A stretch of DNA of 64,000 nucleotides. Origin: Leidyana gryllorum EB-2025a (taxonomy: Eukaryota > Protista > Apicomplexa). The position numbers were made by a program, and so were the translations under genes. Numbering within the stretch: position 1 is the stretch's first letter; the number at the start of each line of letters is the position of its first letter. Positions 31,901-45,638 of the stretch are shown one piece after another. Location: NCBI GenBank assembly GCA_048772705.1, contig JBLWGC010000035.1:372001-436000 (forward strand), written 5' to 3'. The notes beneath the pieces are model-generated. The model did no database searches, was not told where the DNA came from, and saw only the letters and a program-made list of their open reading frames with translations.

Positions 31901-33633
31901 TCGAAACACTCGAAACCGAATATATCCAGAACGCCACAAGAGGCGTCAGGTTTCTCGCCAAATCCAATGTGTGCATTAGTCTCAGATACGATCAGCTTGA
32001 ACAGGCAACCATATAGTGCACGAGCCATTGCTTCTCGGACATCCTCAGCTTGACTCACGGTCAAATTCTTCCGTATGCTGTCCGTTTTTGTTCTAAGTAC
32101 CTTCATTGTGCACGCGAATATCAACTCATCCTGAGTGATCCCGAGGAATTCAGCACATCGTTCGGCATACTTCCCCTTGATGGTCGCCTCAGACAAGCAA
32201 GAAGCTTCACTGTTGCCCTCCGGCTCCGAGAACTGCAGATTACCCATCAAGAGGATCGCAGCAGTGGTCAGCCAGATTGATATCTGTGTGTCCGGGGATA
32301 AACCCACAGTCTGCATAGCCACTGCGGTGCGCACAAACTCGACAACATCATCAACACCCTTCAACGTGTTACAACCGGAACAGTCAATGTACCTGAGCAG
32401 CACCAATGAAAGATCGCCGCCAACCCTTCGCTCACCTCAGGCCTCTTAGTCCCGATAAATTAGGAAATTGTAATCGCACTTCATCTGTAATCTCAACCCC
32501 AAGACGCTTCCCGAGCTCTGCGTCCATCACCAACTCGTTGTTCTCATTCAACCAGCCAGTACTGTCACCAAAGCACGATAACTGATAGAAGGCGTGGTAA
32601 TTTCGCTCGTTCGCCAACTGACGACAAACACGAACAGTCTCTAGCAGATAAGTCTGGATACTCGCGCCAACCAGCCGACCCCGCAATCCATCGATACCGT
32701 CAGTCCGACGTTCCAGAGCGAAAGCCATTTCAATGAACTTTCCAAATCGTGAAGAGTTGTCATTTCTCAGCGTTCTGGAGACAGAGAAGCATTGCTTGAG
32801 CCGCAGACAGTCTGGAATACCTACTTGGCGTTTCCGAAGGCTTCCAGTAGAGGGTTCGACTGCAAAACTTGGTTCTCGATGGGAGATCGCTTGGAGAGGT
32901 CGCGAGTACCAGCCATTGCCAGAAGCTTCATGACAAACTTGGTGGACTCTGTCTTTCCAGCACCAGATTCTCCCGAAATAAGGATAGTCTGTGTAGGTTT
33001 AGATGATGAGTGAGTCGTCTGCCGTGGAGTACCAACCTGATTCTGAGAGGTGTGACACAGTCCACGGAAGGCGTCCATGGCAGTGCTAAATACATGGGGC
33101 TTCTTGTTTATGGTGTAGAGCTCCTTGGCCCCAGCCTCGATGAAATACTTCAAAGTCTGTGGAGAGCGGGAGAAAATGAGCGTCGAGTCTCATCAAATTG
33201 AGTGTCAACGGAAACTCAAGTTTGGAGGAACTTACTGCTTCGTCATAGAGCCCTTTGATGGTTTTGAACGGGTTAACGGCTATAAGGATGGGTCCAGTGA
33301 AGGTGTAGATGCGGTCGTCCTCGAACCGGTCATTGAGGGAGTGGAGGAGTGCAGCTTCGTGGAGGTGGGTGAGCTGGGTGAGGTCATCGAGTTGAGCAAT
33401 GCCGTGCGACGTCATGTGTTCCTCATTTCTGTAGAGCGTGTCCAATGCACCTCGCGTCGTCAGACATACCGTAAGTGGTAGACTTGTGAGAGTTTGCCTT
33501 CTACATCGTCTTTATCGTGTCGTATAATGACGTCATTCCCCTCCACGCGAACAACAGTCGCCTTCTGCCAGACCTCATCCTTGTCTGGAACCCAGATCTT
33601 GGCGCCCAGCGCAAGTGTAGGAGCAGCTGCCAT
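25917..33633 (-). CDS. MyoF: Myosin heavy chain with six IQ motifs, coiled coil and C-terminal WD40 repeats (class XXII, myosin F-like); multi-exon
   Basis: N-terminal KIWVPD..VW; motor motifs [33 protein letters not shown]; IQ repeats and coiled coil in 28647-30746; WD40 repeats in 25917-27391. Inferred splice junctions link the tail to the WD40 exons. Confidence 0.85.
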
Positions 33634-33699
33634 GGCCGCAATGTGAACCTGCGTGGAGCCAAAAGGTGCCAGCAGGATTTCAAAATTTATCAGGGAAGT

Positions 33700-36600
33700 A
33701 TGTCCACAACTCCGAACCCTGCCCAGTATCGGTACCTAAGTCCCGTCAATGCGTCAATAAGGATTGCTAACCCTCCTCCGACTCGTCCAACGGCCCCAAC
33801 CTCTCAAAGAAGATGGAGAACGCGGGTTGCACGGGTAACGAATACCGGAGGCCCTCTGCAAGAACCCCCAGACCATATTGAGCGTGAAGCAAAGGATAGA
33901 CTTACAGCTACCCTCACTAAACTAGACCTTCCGCAGCCTGTCATTATCGAGAATGCCACGTATGAGACCGACTCCAATGGACTCCAAGTTCACCCGCCCC
34001 AATGCATCCTTCCCAACGAGTTCCGGGCACTGAATAATGCTCCTTGTGGAATATTCAAGGGTAGGTTGTCCCAACACTGACCCAACTTCCCATCGCACTC
34101 CGGCAGATTTCTCTTGCTTCTGGTGGTTCAAGGAGGACTCCCTCAACATATGGCACTGGCCCTCAGCTTCAACTTCCAATGGGGAGCTTTCACAAGACCC
34201 AACTTCTGGAGACGTCTGTAAGTTCTCATCACTCCTTCTCCTCACTATCACTTTGGGTACCACAGTCAGACTACCGCTCGAGGAGGATGGACTCTACTGT
34301 GAAGTGGCTGAAATGCGAATGGATCCTTCACTTATAACATGTTTACCGGAACTTCCCGAACTGCAGTTGGCTAATGCATGTTCAACTCAGCTTGAGGCCA
34401 CAGGAGTGCTCACCAAGGACTCTTCTTCAATTCGCTATGTCTCCATGGTTGTTGTCACTCGCGGACACATCCAAAAGTATGTAGTCGCCGGAAACAGCGA
34501 TGTGGGCATTGTCGACGCATTACCGGTGCCTCAAAGTCGAGTCAGTTTCGATGGCCCTTCGTTGCAGTGCTTAAAATGTCTTCCCTACACCGACCGAGCT
34601 TTCGTTGCTGGTAAGTCGTCAACGAGCCGAGCTAAGCTCCACCTTGGAGGGATGGAAGATAATCTCGTGCCCCACCGCGAGACGTCCCCCTCAATGTCTT
34701 GCCAATGGCTTCTGCTTGATCCTTTTATCCGCGCCATGTCTCCTACCCTGCGTCTCTTCCCCTTTCAACTGGCTAACACACTGTGCCTCTGCAGACAAAG
34801 CGGGCCGCTTATGGGAGTACACAACAAGTTTCATCAAACAGGCATATTTGGAGGTCAATACTGCTCGGGGAGGCCGTTTGGAGCCTGTCGACCCTTCCCT
34901 CTTGAATACTTCTCTCATTGACAAGTTCCCTCTTCTCGGAAGTAGCCGCGGCAACCGGATCTCAGTCCAAGGAACTTTAACGAAATTGGTCGATGTTCGT
35001 CCGGTATGTGACTCGACATTGCCTCTCAATTCTCACCTTCGTTCCAGTTGACTGACAGAGTAAATCCCTTTCGAGAAAATGGATACATTGTGTCATTGGA
35101 AATTGACGAACAACGAAGTTTCGTTTTGGCATTGACTAATTATTCGGAAATCTTCTTGATCGCGGTACCGCCGCCCCAGATGACATTCGAGACAATTCGC
35201 AATCACACTTTGATTCGTATATCAGAGAATGAAACGCAAGTGCGACCCGATGCTTGGGTTACCCAATCGTCATTGATCAACTCCATAGTTGATGTGTCTG
35301 TCAAATCCACCAATCTCGGCACAGCAACGGACCTCCGACCTGAACTTTTCGAGCAACACCCCTTGTCCCCTGGTAGCAATCGCTATGGCAGTCAGCTGGG
35401 AGCCCGGCCGAACACACGATTTGTCAGAGACCTGCGCGCTGGACTGCAAAAATGTGTCAAGGTGAGTACTCAAATCAATAGATACCCAACTGAGATCCAA
35501 TCTTGTGTCAAAATCAGATCGTTGGGATCCACTCTCTCGGAGGAGACACAGTGATGGCTGTACTGGACGACGGAACGAGATGCAACATGCGCTATGACTA
35601 CATGGGTCACACCCGCGGGTGGATGAGAGGAGCCCTGGATGGTTCAGTGCCTACGATAGGCTCCAAGACAATGTCTCGAGTACTTGACCCCACATTGTGG
35701 CAATTGGTTCACAACCGTTATCAAGGAGTGGAGGTCAAAGATATGTGTGCCATGTTGGTGTCGGTGAGACTTCCCCCACCCGGCCTGGCCGAAGTTTCAC
35801 GAGTCTGGAAGTGTATTGATGCGTGCAGAGGAGTCGTCAGGGCCGAAGAGCGTCGAGAACTCCTCAAATTAGGATCAAAAGAAGTTGTCCGGTCTTGGTA
35901 CTCGAATCGGTGCGGCGGTCTCTGCCTCATGGATCTTCGGTGGATTGAAGAACCGGGAGGTCTCACAGCCAGCACGCTGCTGGCCCTCACTCCCGGACTA
36001 CCGATGAACACCAACTATATCAATCACGAGTTGGTCAAATGGTTGAGACATCCAAGAGACAACTCCTGGATAAGTCCCTCCGTTATGGTAGACATGCCAC
36101 TTCCGGAAGAGCTACCGCACTTCGAGAACGGCGCAAACCTGCCGGCATTGGTGCAGACTCTCCATCACAGACTGACATGTACTCTCGCCCTACCGCTCTG
36201 CGATGTCATCGCTGGAGAGGGGGAGCGCACAGCGTCCATATTAAATGAAGTATTGGCATTCGGACCTCCCCTGGAGAAGCAGCATGCTCTAACCGGCACA
36301 CAGCTTCTTCCAGGTCCTCAGTATATGGGTCTGACACCTGCTCTGACAGCGATTTCACGAGTACGACCGGCCTATCAAGTATTGGCCGCCATCACTGCAG
36401 CGTCCGAAGCCATCGTAGGCTTACATTCGGAGCTCGTTGGACTCCTCAAGACTCGCCCAGATTTGGGTTGCGACGTTCCCCTCTCTGCTGTGCGCACTCT
36501 GCAGCAACAGACTGGTCACCCATTACCATTGTTGTCTCAATGGGCAGCTCTGGTTCAACCAGATAGTGCCGGACCCCGAGAACCATTCCCAGCAGAGAGT

Positions 36601-39600
36601 ACACAGATTCTCTCCCCGGAGTATCGAGACGCCACACTGTCCCTCGCATGGCAAGTTTTGGCCAACAAATGCGCAAGCTCTGAGAAGACTGTCACTCGCC
36701 ATGATGAGCCCCTCCAAGTGGTGCCGACGGTATCCGACTTCCCCACACACAGCCAGAGAGGGTCACGGCAAATGGACAGAACCCCAACAGCAGCTCTTCG
36801 AAGCCGACTCGGGGCAGCAACGGGCGAGGCAGAGCCAACAGGGACCCAGGCCACCATATACCTCATTTCTATGCTGCCCGTCCTCGCAGCCTTTGATAGT
36901 GCCGCCATTCCCGCTGCTCGACACCTCGAGAAGACTGATCCTCGCCACATGGCCCTCCTCAAGAACGTACTGAAAGTGTTGCAGCCATTCTTTGCGATGC
37001 CGATGTTCGAGCTCGAGGCCGGTATACCCGGACAGGGGATCTCTCTCACTCGACAGCCCGTGAAGAAGTCTCCACAGTCACCCTCTGGGAATAACAATAA
37101 TATGGTCTCTCCTCCCACTGCGAGTACGGCCTCAGATGACGAGAACTCACGCAGTCGGAAACGACGGGCTGACGAGGCGTTGACTCCGATGAACGCAGCG
37201 AAGAGACGTCAGGGTTTGACACATCAGACTTTGGACTCAAACCGTCCAGCGTTCACTTTCACCGATGCGAATGGGTCTCAATGCCCAGTGGACCTCAGAC
37301 TGAAGTTACGTTTCACCAAGAGAGAACTCCAGATTGCCCATCAAGCCATGGAGAGTTTGATGCTCGGTTTGGAACGATATGAGACACAGATGGGAGTCCT
37401 CAATGCTCCAGAATTGCGTAAGCGTCTTTTCGGAGAAGCCGAAGATTGGGTAAGTGTAGAGGTTCCATTTGTCTTTCTCGTCATCACACACCTAACCTTC
37501 AGCGAGCTCTCCGGAAATATATGAGATGTGCAACTGAGCTCTTCGCCTTCTTCAGCGCTTTGGCTGACGGCCTCACTCGATACGCTCAACACGCCGGCAA
37601 CGTCTTGGCAATAGGGGACCAAGCCATCCGGCTAGTCGATCCAGCGGTGTTCGACGCGCTGGCCACCCAAACGTTCCACGACTAGTGAGTTGTTCCCTCT
37701 TGCAGTCCCTCACTCACATTCAATTGTAGTCTACATGAAGTCACCAGTTCGGGTCTCATCGTCTCCCTGAAGCGGTGGCTGGAATCAGAGCTCGATGGTG
37801 GAATCATCTCTCTGGTATCACCCTCGGACCTCTTGCTGGCCGCCCCCAGCCTGTTTGGGCCCACTTATCTCTACTGGCAAGCGGCATTGGAGCCTTTGAG
37901 GTGTCTAACAACAGCGATTGCCAGTTGCGAAGGCGAACGTCGAGCTCTACTCCATCAGCAACTGACTGCGAACGAGCGCATGGCCCAACGGCCGTCGTCT
38001 GGGGAGCGGAGCACTGAGCCAACTTCAGACGGGGTGCAACCATCCGGCCAAAGGTTGGGCCCGGTCAGCAATGCACCTCGACAAATTGCTGCGGGGCCAT
38101 ACCGTCCACATACTGCTACCAGTACCGCATTGGTACGGATCGGCTCGAATTCAGGAGCCTTGATGGCCAGTGGAGGGGAAGAAGAAGGCGGAGGAATAGT
38201 ACCAATGCTGGAGTATATGTGGAATGAGTGGATGACAAAGCGTCCTGACCTCCGTCGCGACCTCAAATTGTGTCTCCCATTGCCAAGTTTCCTTGAAAGT
38301 GGAAAGAATGGGAGACCAAACTTTGATGTGTTCCAGGAGGGTGCCGAGGGACCGCGAATGGAACTGAGACTGCACGTCCTCAAAGCTCTGTTCAGTTTGA
38401 TCAGTTTGCCTAACGGAGGGTTCACTGGAGACAATCCGTCGGTCGAGACTCTGATTGACACTTTGTTCGAGCTCCACTCCTTCGAGTAAGTGCGATCGAC
38501 CAACGCTCTCCGTCAACTTTTTCTTGTTGCTGCAGTGCTGTGGCGCTTATAATGGCTGTTTGGTGTCATTATGTCATCCGAGGCGATGTTGAGTGGCAGA
38601 CGGGGAAGAAGAGTATTGACCCAATTCCCAAGCGAGTCAACGTGAAACTGACTGCTCTATATAATCGGCTAAAGACGATCAGTGACCACAGTAAGTTCCG
38701 GGGCAGCGTGTGATTAGAGATTGCGTGTTCTCTCTAGCGGATGATTGGCTCGGTCGGGACCTGGCTGAAGCGATGGTGGTGCAGTTTACACAGATTGGAT
38801 TGCCATCGCTTGCGAGACTTTACAACTGGTATACCGAGAAGTGTATGAATTCTGGTCAACCCACAAATATCTCGGAAGTGGACAACTTCTGTGCCGCGTT
38901 CGACCTGAGCAAAGGAAGCATAGAAGAAGGAATGGCACATGCCACCTTTTTCTGGATGGTGGCTAACGGTGGCGGAGGCTCTTTCCCGAGACCTTTGGGA
39001 TCTTTACAGAGTCACTGGCTGACAAAGTGGCTGGAGAGACTGCCCATCACAGCGCAGGCCAGTGGCGAGCAGTACTCTGTCAAGGTGGCAATTGCTGTGG
39101 CCGACTTTTACCTATTGGAGCAAAGTTATGCCAAAGCCCAGGAACATTTGGAGCGACTCATTTGTGATCACCCGAGGTGGCTTACGAGTCCGATGGATCG
39201 CAACGTTCTGGCCAGACTGAGCTTGCAGAACGTTGGAGAACATCAGCCTCGGAAAGAGTATCCAATAAAGGCTCCGAGTATCAAGCGAGGGCTCGTGGAA
39301 AGGGATTTGCACGAGTCCTTCAAGGATAAGTTTAGAATCATGTGGTACGCCGCAGTCGATCCGATGACGAAGATGGCTGCTGCCAAGAACAACAATCCTA
39401 TCGCACAGAACAGAACCGCTATTGCGGTGGATTGGAAACTGACCGAACGATTCTATCATGTTCTGCGGAGAGTCGGAGAGCTGCCATTGGACGTCCGTGA
39501 ACGTCTGGTTGAGAAGGCTCTGATGGCTGCTCACGAAGCCAGCCGCACTCATACATTGGCTCAATCCTTTGGAGTTCCCCCCACTACAGTGTCGTCGGTT

Positions 39601-41553
39601 GATACTTCAGCGGAGATTCGTGCACGAGTACTGCTCCAAGGCGAGGCCTTGGATGAAGTGTTGAGCTTTGTCTGTATGCTGACGACTGTGGACCCTGACC
39701 TCAACCGGATGATATTCGAGTTGGTGGTGGAGTTCTCAGAGGGCCCCAAAGTGGTGCCTCCTCGCGAGATGTCCAGACGAAAGGGTTTGGTGACCAACAC
39801 GATCAACTTTGTGGTGTCTCTGATCCATAGCGTATATAAGAGTTTCAATGTACTCTTCGATACGTACTGCAACTACATGTTGGCCAACCGCTCGTTCGGA
39901 GCCTGTCCTTCTCTGACACTTTACGAAATATATAGAGCCATGCCCAACGAGAGCCGGCGACAGCTGTCACTCAGCAATCTGTCGAGGCTGTATCCGGGAG
40001 TGGATAACCCCGAGATCGTTGTCGAGTTTGCTGCGATACTCCCCACCTTCGAGTTCTGTGTTCCCATGATACGGTCGTCTAGAGGCACTGGAGTATTTGA
40101 GCATACGGTATGTGGACAGAAGGCAATCTCTTCACCTCAAAATCCAATTTCCCTCAGGCCTATCGATTGTGGAACACCTTTGCTGACCATATCACCCCGG
40201 CCAGAACTGACCTTCTTTTCCCACGAGAGGATAAGCCACAGACGGTTACCGTCTCCACCATTGGCTTCTTGTTGATGGATCGGACGCTTCGCAGATGCTA
40301 TACCAATAATCAATTGCGAACTATCCTGGATAAGGCGCTAATCGACTACTTTGTGGAACCTAACTATAGTCATTCCCAAAGGTTGAGCAAATTAGTTAAC
40401 CCTTTCGGAGTTCCACTCAACTTCGGCCCCGCCATCCCCCTTCCTACTGTGGTCGTCGGTTGCGTCACAGGGTTTGCCTACGATGCCATTGGCAGAGACT
40501 ACTTTTGGGATATCATCAACCTCGTCAGAAGTCCCCAAACTGGCTCCCGACTCGACTCGGTGGTGAAAGTCACCATGGACCCCCACAGAGTTTTGGGAGT
40601 TTTCTATCCCGCCTCTCTGTGGACTCTGGGCTTAGCAGAGGGCTTGAACACCTTGACACTTCTGCTGAATCACGCGCTGGGAGGTCCCGAGTTTATGCCC
40701 GCAGGAATCTCCACTTCACTGCTCGGGCATTTAGCGAAAGTCTCAGATGTAAGTTGATCGCTCGCGATGTTCTCGTTATGACTTTTGTGTTTCTCAGTGG
40801 ATGGATGTCACCGTGCCGCTGAAGGACGATACTGTCGAGCATATGAGGATCACTGAGGTGGTGCACTGTTTCTTGATGGCCATTCGGGATACTTGCTCAC
40901 TCCTTGAGTGGTTTGTGACTGTCGGTCTGCCCTGCTTCGAGATCGCTGAGCGGCTCAGCGGACCGAACTCCGTCCTTGTCCTGGGTGCCACGGTGGGCCT
41001 GGTGCCGACCTCCACTTTCGGTGGAGAGGGTCGGGGAGGCTCAGCCAGCAGTGCTCAAGTGCAGTCTCTCAAGATCTTGAACGACCAATATGGAGAGGTT
41101 CCTATGGAGGCGGTCACCTTCTTCGATGCTCTCAATGAGTGGAAACGGGTCAACGCCCACCACATTCAAAGGCCATCGAGTGGTGATGGAGGTGCGGAAG
41201 GCCCATCTTCGCCCCTGCAGAAGGCTGAGAATCAAGTGCGAGATCACAATGATGATTTGGCTCGGTCATGCGGATGGCGCAATCTCGGCTACAGGATACA
41301 AAGTACGGCAGAGAAGTTGTTGGCCATTTGGGATACGAATGTATATCTGGAGGCAATTCGGTCTATTCGCAGGATAGGGGGTAATTCGTCCTGTGTGTCG
41401 CATTTGGAGGAGTTGATGGAGTTGACGAGCTCTCAGATAGCTCGGATTGGTTCGAATCTCTTACCAGCGTTGATGGCTTATAACAAGCTTCTGGATCTGC
41501 ATGCCGAAACGGTTCATCGAGGCAGTTTGTTCGGACCTCTGCGTTTCACTTGA
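33700..41553 (+). CDS. NUP155: Large nucleoporin, Nup155/Nup170-like; multi-exon
   Basis: Ordered matches to the Nup155 propeller pattern (FWWFKEDSLNIWHW, IVSLEIDEQRSFVLAL, IVGIHSL..VMAVLDDGTR, LVSVRLPPPG) followed by a long helical region. Short introns join the ORFs in frame. Confidence 0.62.
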
Positions 41554-41693
41554 TCATAGTCTGCATAGGTCAAACCCCTTTTTTCTTCACCCTCTCTTTA
41601 GCTAGGACACGCACGTCTCTTCCCTTCACAGCGACGACGAGCACATCTGATTACACAACAGCGAATCATAATATCAACTGAGCTTCAGACACC

Positions 41694-43823
41694 ATGGGTC
41701 CGCCCGTGAAGCGCTCTCGAACTGAAGCCATGGCCGAAGACGAGTCTATGGACACTCCTCGCTTCGGCGAGGCTATGTCAGGCTCCGGCTCTAAACCCGG
41801 GCTCTTATCGAGATTCGGTGCGAAGCTCTTCAATAGTAAGAGCGGTGGCACTGGCGGTGGTTCGGCAGAGAATCTGCACCCTGGCGACAATGATAGATAT
41901 CGGAAGAGTACATCGGGCAGCTTCTGCCTACAGAAGGAGGTAGACGCAACTTCGGACATGCCCTCCATGAGCAGTAATGATCTCGACCCGTCCACCATGA
42001 AACCAGCTTTCGTGGCGTGTCCAGGTGGGATCTTTTTGGCGAACGCGGGCTGATCAGCTTTGATCTGCAGATTTCGCCACCACTGAACTTGGGGCCTCCA
42101 TCCTGTTTGTCAGCGACGAGTTCTCAGGACTCGCTACCAATTTGTTGCGGAATACAATACATAACCCCAGAGAGACAATTGAGACGGACTATGGCACAGT
42201 TGGGGACTGGTGGGGTACTCGTCGTCGTCGACGGGAAGGACACGAATGGGTTGTGATTCAGTTTGGAGAACCAGGTGAGTACCGATTGGAGGATTCCTCG
42301 GACTCAATTGTACTCTGTATGCAGTCTTTATCCGCGGTTTCGACATTGATACTCACGGAACCCCCGCTGTGACCCCGAACATCTCTGTGGAGGCCGGATA
42401 TTTCACCAATTTAGACGCCGGTGGGTACCGCCGTGAAGAAAGCAGTTATGTCAACCCCTTTCATGCCCCTCAGAGGTCAAAGAAGTAATTAAACGTTACG
42501 TGCCCAATCCGGAAGACCTTTGTAGCCATCAACTGGAGCCCTTATCGGCGGACTTGGTGAGAGATGTTCAAAAAGTTGTCGACTCCAAGGATTGGATCGA
42601 GTTGGTACCCATGTAAGTTCTGATTATCAATTCCATAGATTTCGGTCTACCAGACAACGAATCCGTTTCACCCATGACGGTCACCACTATTTCGGGGTCA
42701 AGACGAAGCAGGAAGAGAGACGTCTAACACATATCAGAGTGAACTTGCTGCCAGATGGGGCTGTGAGCAGATTCCGCGCCTACGGTGAGACCATGTCGAC
42801 CTTCGGAGTACTCAAGCTGATGGCCTCCGAGAGTCCGAGCAAAAGTCTGAATATGTTGAACCCAAAGTTGGGGTAAGTCAGCACATTGGGAACGTTGGAT
42901 ATGTATCTCGTCATCAAACAGGGCTTGGCCGCTCTGGGCTTCTTCCGCCCGCGACCACACACTGCCAAATCTCATCGCCAGTTCGACACCACAGACTTGC
43001 CGTGATGGCTGGTGCACTCAATCGCAGCAGTTCCGACAACCCCTGCTATTTGAGCAGCAACACCAAATCAAGTACTCGAGCGACGACGTCGTTGTACTCA
43101 AGTTGGCCGGCCGATGTAAGTATTGGGAGGGCGAAGTGAGGGCTGTTACGTGTGTCTCTGCAACGGATTCCGGGTCACTCACGTCTCTGCGAGTCATTGA
43201 CGTCACGTCTCACGTTTCTTCGGCTTTAGGTCTACCTACCCGGTTCGAAGTTGATACAAGTTACTTCCTGGGTGACGCACCATATGCAATCACGTTGGAG
43301 GCAATTGATGCGCCTGAGATGCTCAAGCTGCCAATGCTGCAGCAGATTGCCTTTTTCCGAAACCGTTATCGGGAAGGTGTCAAGTGGATACCGTTGAAGG
43401 AGCGAATGTTAGTGAAGCCGAACGCGCTGCACACACTGGATATAACTAGTCATGACACAAAGGCGGCTGCTAGAGCAGGCGGTCGCGCATTTGAAGTAGA
43501 GTCGCAAACTTATCACCAGATCCAATTGCCTACGGATCTGGGCGCGATAACGCACATCAGAATCTGCGTTATACCGGACGGAGTAGGTGGCCAATCTCGT
43601 GAGACGATACTTTCGTTATCAACAGGGCCTAACACGGGTCAAAGTCTGGGGAACGCCCGTGGATATCTTGGCATCAGACACAGGTCGAGCAGGCGCCTTG
43701 TCTTCGCAAGGTTTCGCATTGGAGCCCAGTGCCGCGACGCCAGGGTCGGTGAAGAGACCTTCACGGCGGCGTTCGACCATGTTGTTGTATAATAACTTGG
43801 ACAGAATGTTCCAGCAACAGTAG
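41694..43823 (+). CDS. ALLC: Allantoicase (two allantoicase repeats); multi-exon
   Basis: GASILFVSDEF, WGTRRRRREGHEWVVIQFG, THIRVNLLPDGAVSRFRAYG, FEVDTSYFLGDAP, THIRICVIPDG, TRVKVWG. Confidence 0.88.
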
Positions 43824-43839
43824 TAGTAGAACACATCGA

Positions 43840-44763
43840 CTAGTTACCCCTTCCACCAAATTCTGGTCTGAGAACGAACAATACCCGTTTCCCCTGTCTT
43901 TCCCTGCGGGGTTCGGCTACAACATCAAGAATCTGCTTGACAGCTGACTGAGTAATTCCGCCTCCCAGATGAGCGCAGATTTCCCGCATGTTGGCTCCCT
44001 CCCCGCCTTTGGCTTCAAAGAACTTGAAGATCCGGGCCTGCGCTTCTTCCGTAGAGAGAGAAGCCGCTTGCCGTCTCCTCTTGCGTGACGGCCCACCGAT
44101 CCCGCTGCCACCTCCGTCTTCGTCGCTGCTGACTCCTGCGGTCGTGGAAGTCGCGCCCCAACCGCCAGCAGACTGCGATGGACTCGCAGGCGAAGGGCTG
44201 TCGCCGCTCCCTCCATCGCCGGAAAAGTAGTGAAAGAGACGTGACCCCGATGTGGCAGAACTGGTGTCTTCGACGTGCTTGCTGTAGAAAGCTGCCGTCT
44301 CCTCAACACTGAGCACTCTCGGTTTCAACGGCACCTTCTCGTTCTCTTCTCCATCGCCCTTGCGTCCTCCGCGTTTCTTTTTGCCGGCCGCAGACTGCTC
44401 AATGAGCCAGGCCCTGTATGAGGGGTTGGTGACGTCGGGAAGATAGGACTCGCACGCCCGAACAGTGCCCTCGATACACGGATAGCGAGCTTTCAGAGGC
44501 ATATCAGGCGTTCCTGTGAACTGCAACACCATTTGTTGAGTAACCTGTGCCTCTTTAACCATGGCGGAATGTATACGCTTGACAGGGAAGGTGGAATCTT
44601 GGGGGAGAGCTATGGTACCCTTCTTGGCGCCTTGGGGAGCCTTCAGCATCCCCACCACAGTGCCTGGAGCCTCCTTGAGCCATGATGCGGCAACATGCTC
44701 CGGTACACGTATCAGTGTGAGGCTCGCATTCTTACTGGGCAGTGAGACACTAGGCGCTAGCAT
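43840..44763 (-). CDS. GTF2F2: Transcription factor IIF beta subunit (RAP30)-like, intronless
   Basis: N-terminal LIRVPEHVAASW, IEGTV, and a C-terminal winged-helix pattern IFKFFE...VKQILDVVA...VLRPEF. Confidence 0.7.
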   Translation of the reverse strand: MLAPSVSLPSKNASLTLIRVPEHVAASWLKEAPGTVVGMLKAPQGAKKGTIALPQDSTFPVKRIHSAMVKEAQVTQQMVLQFTGTPDMPLKARYPCIEGTVRACESYLPDVTNPSYRAWLIEQSAAGKKKRGGRKGDGEENEKVPLKPRVLSVEETAAFYSKHVEDTSSATSGSRLFHYFSGDGGSGDSPSPASPSQSAGGWGATSTTAGVSSDEDGGGSGIGGPSRKRRRQAASLSTEEAQARIFKFFEAKGGEGANMREICAHLGGGITQSAVKQILDVVAEPRRERQGKRVLFVLRPEFGGRGN

Positions 44764-44834
44764 ATGTGTGTGTAAGCTTGATCTTTTGTTTCAAAATAAA
44801 CTCAATAATTGCTGTCAGGAATTAGGCGGCACCG

Positions 44835-45638
44835 ATGAGCCAAACGTCCACCAACCACCCTACTCCTGACAATACGACCAAAAACTCGGGTTCAAAGAAG
44901 AGTGAGTGTACTTTGGCCCTCCTGCTCCGACTCTCCCTTTTCTCTTCTGTAGGCGGCTTATTCGCTGGACGTATGAAAGGTTGGCGTGAAATCTTCCCAG
45001 CTGCCGCCTCTTGGGAGGATGTGACGCTCTCGGCTCTGGTTCTTGCCAGTGTGAACATCACCTTCTTCGTCTACTGGGTCGTCGGCACGTCCTTGACTTC
45101 GTTGCTATGCTACACAATTGGAGCCGGAATGCTCGTTGGCTTACCCTACTCCCGCTTGACCTCTCACGGTCGTCACATGGCTGACAACATTCACACTTCC
45201 CAGGTCACTGAAGAGACCGTCAGAAAGCATGTCTTGATGCTTCACGAAATGTTGGGCAAATACGGTGAGTTGCGGCATTCTGCACCACAATCTCGGGGCA
45301 TCAGGGGCTGAGCTACGGCTACTGTTCTGCTGGATTAACACTCAGAGGTCTCTGATGGTTTCCTTCGGCGCCTTTGTAGCGGGATATCTTTTCACCTACA
45401 TGAGCTGGACATTCCTGGCTTTCTGCGGTAAGTATCACCACGCAGTCCACTCTTCTTCATTCGGGCTCCAGTTGTCAACGTTGCCCTGGTACACAAGCCC
45501 ATGATCGCATTCTACAAGAAGAATCTCTCCAAACAAGTCCAGCCATATCTCGACCAAGCTTCCGCTGCGCTCAACGGTGTGTTGAGCAAGATCCCCAGAA
45601 TGTCTGATGCCACTGCTGCTGGCAAGAAGAAAATCTAA
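44835..45638 (+). CDS. Reticulon-domain ER-shaping protein; multi-exon
   Basis: SWEDVTLSALVL and LRLLFCWINTQRSL precede two long hydrophobic hairpins. C-terminal KKKI resembles a di-lysine ER motif. Confidence 0.7.

Noticed and set aside
41694-43823. Allantoicase as part of a purine cluster with the nucleotidases
   Set aside because: It lies 20 kb away behind unrelated housekeeping genes and is intron-rich; there is no evidence of linkage.
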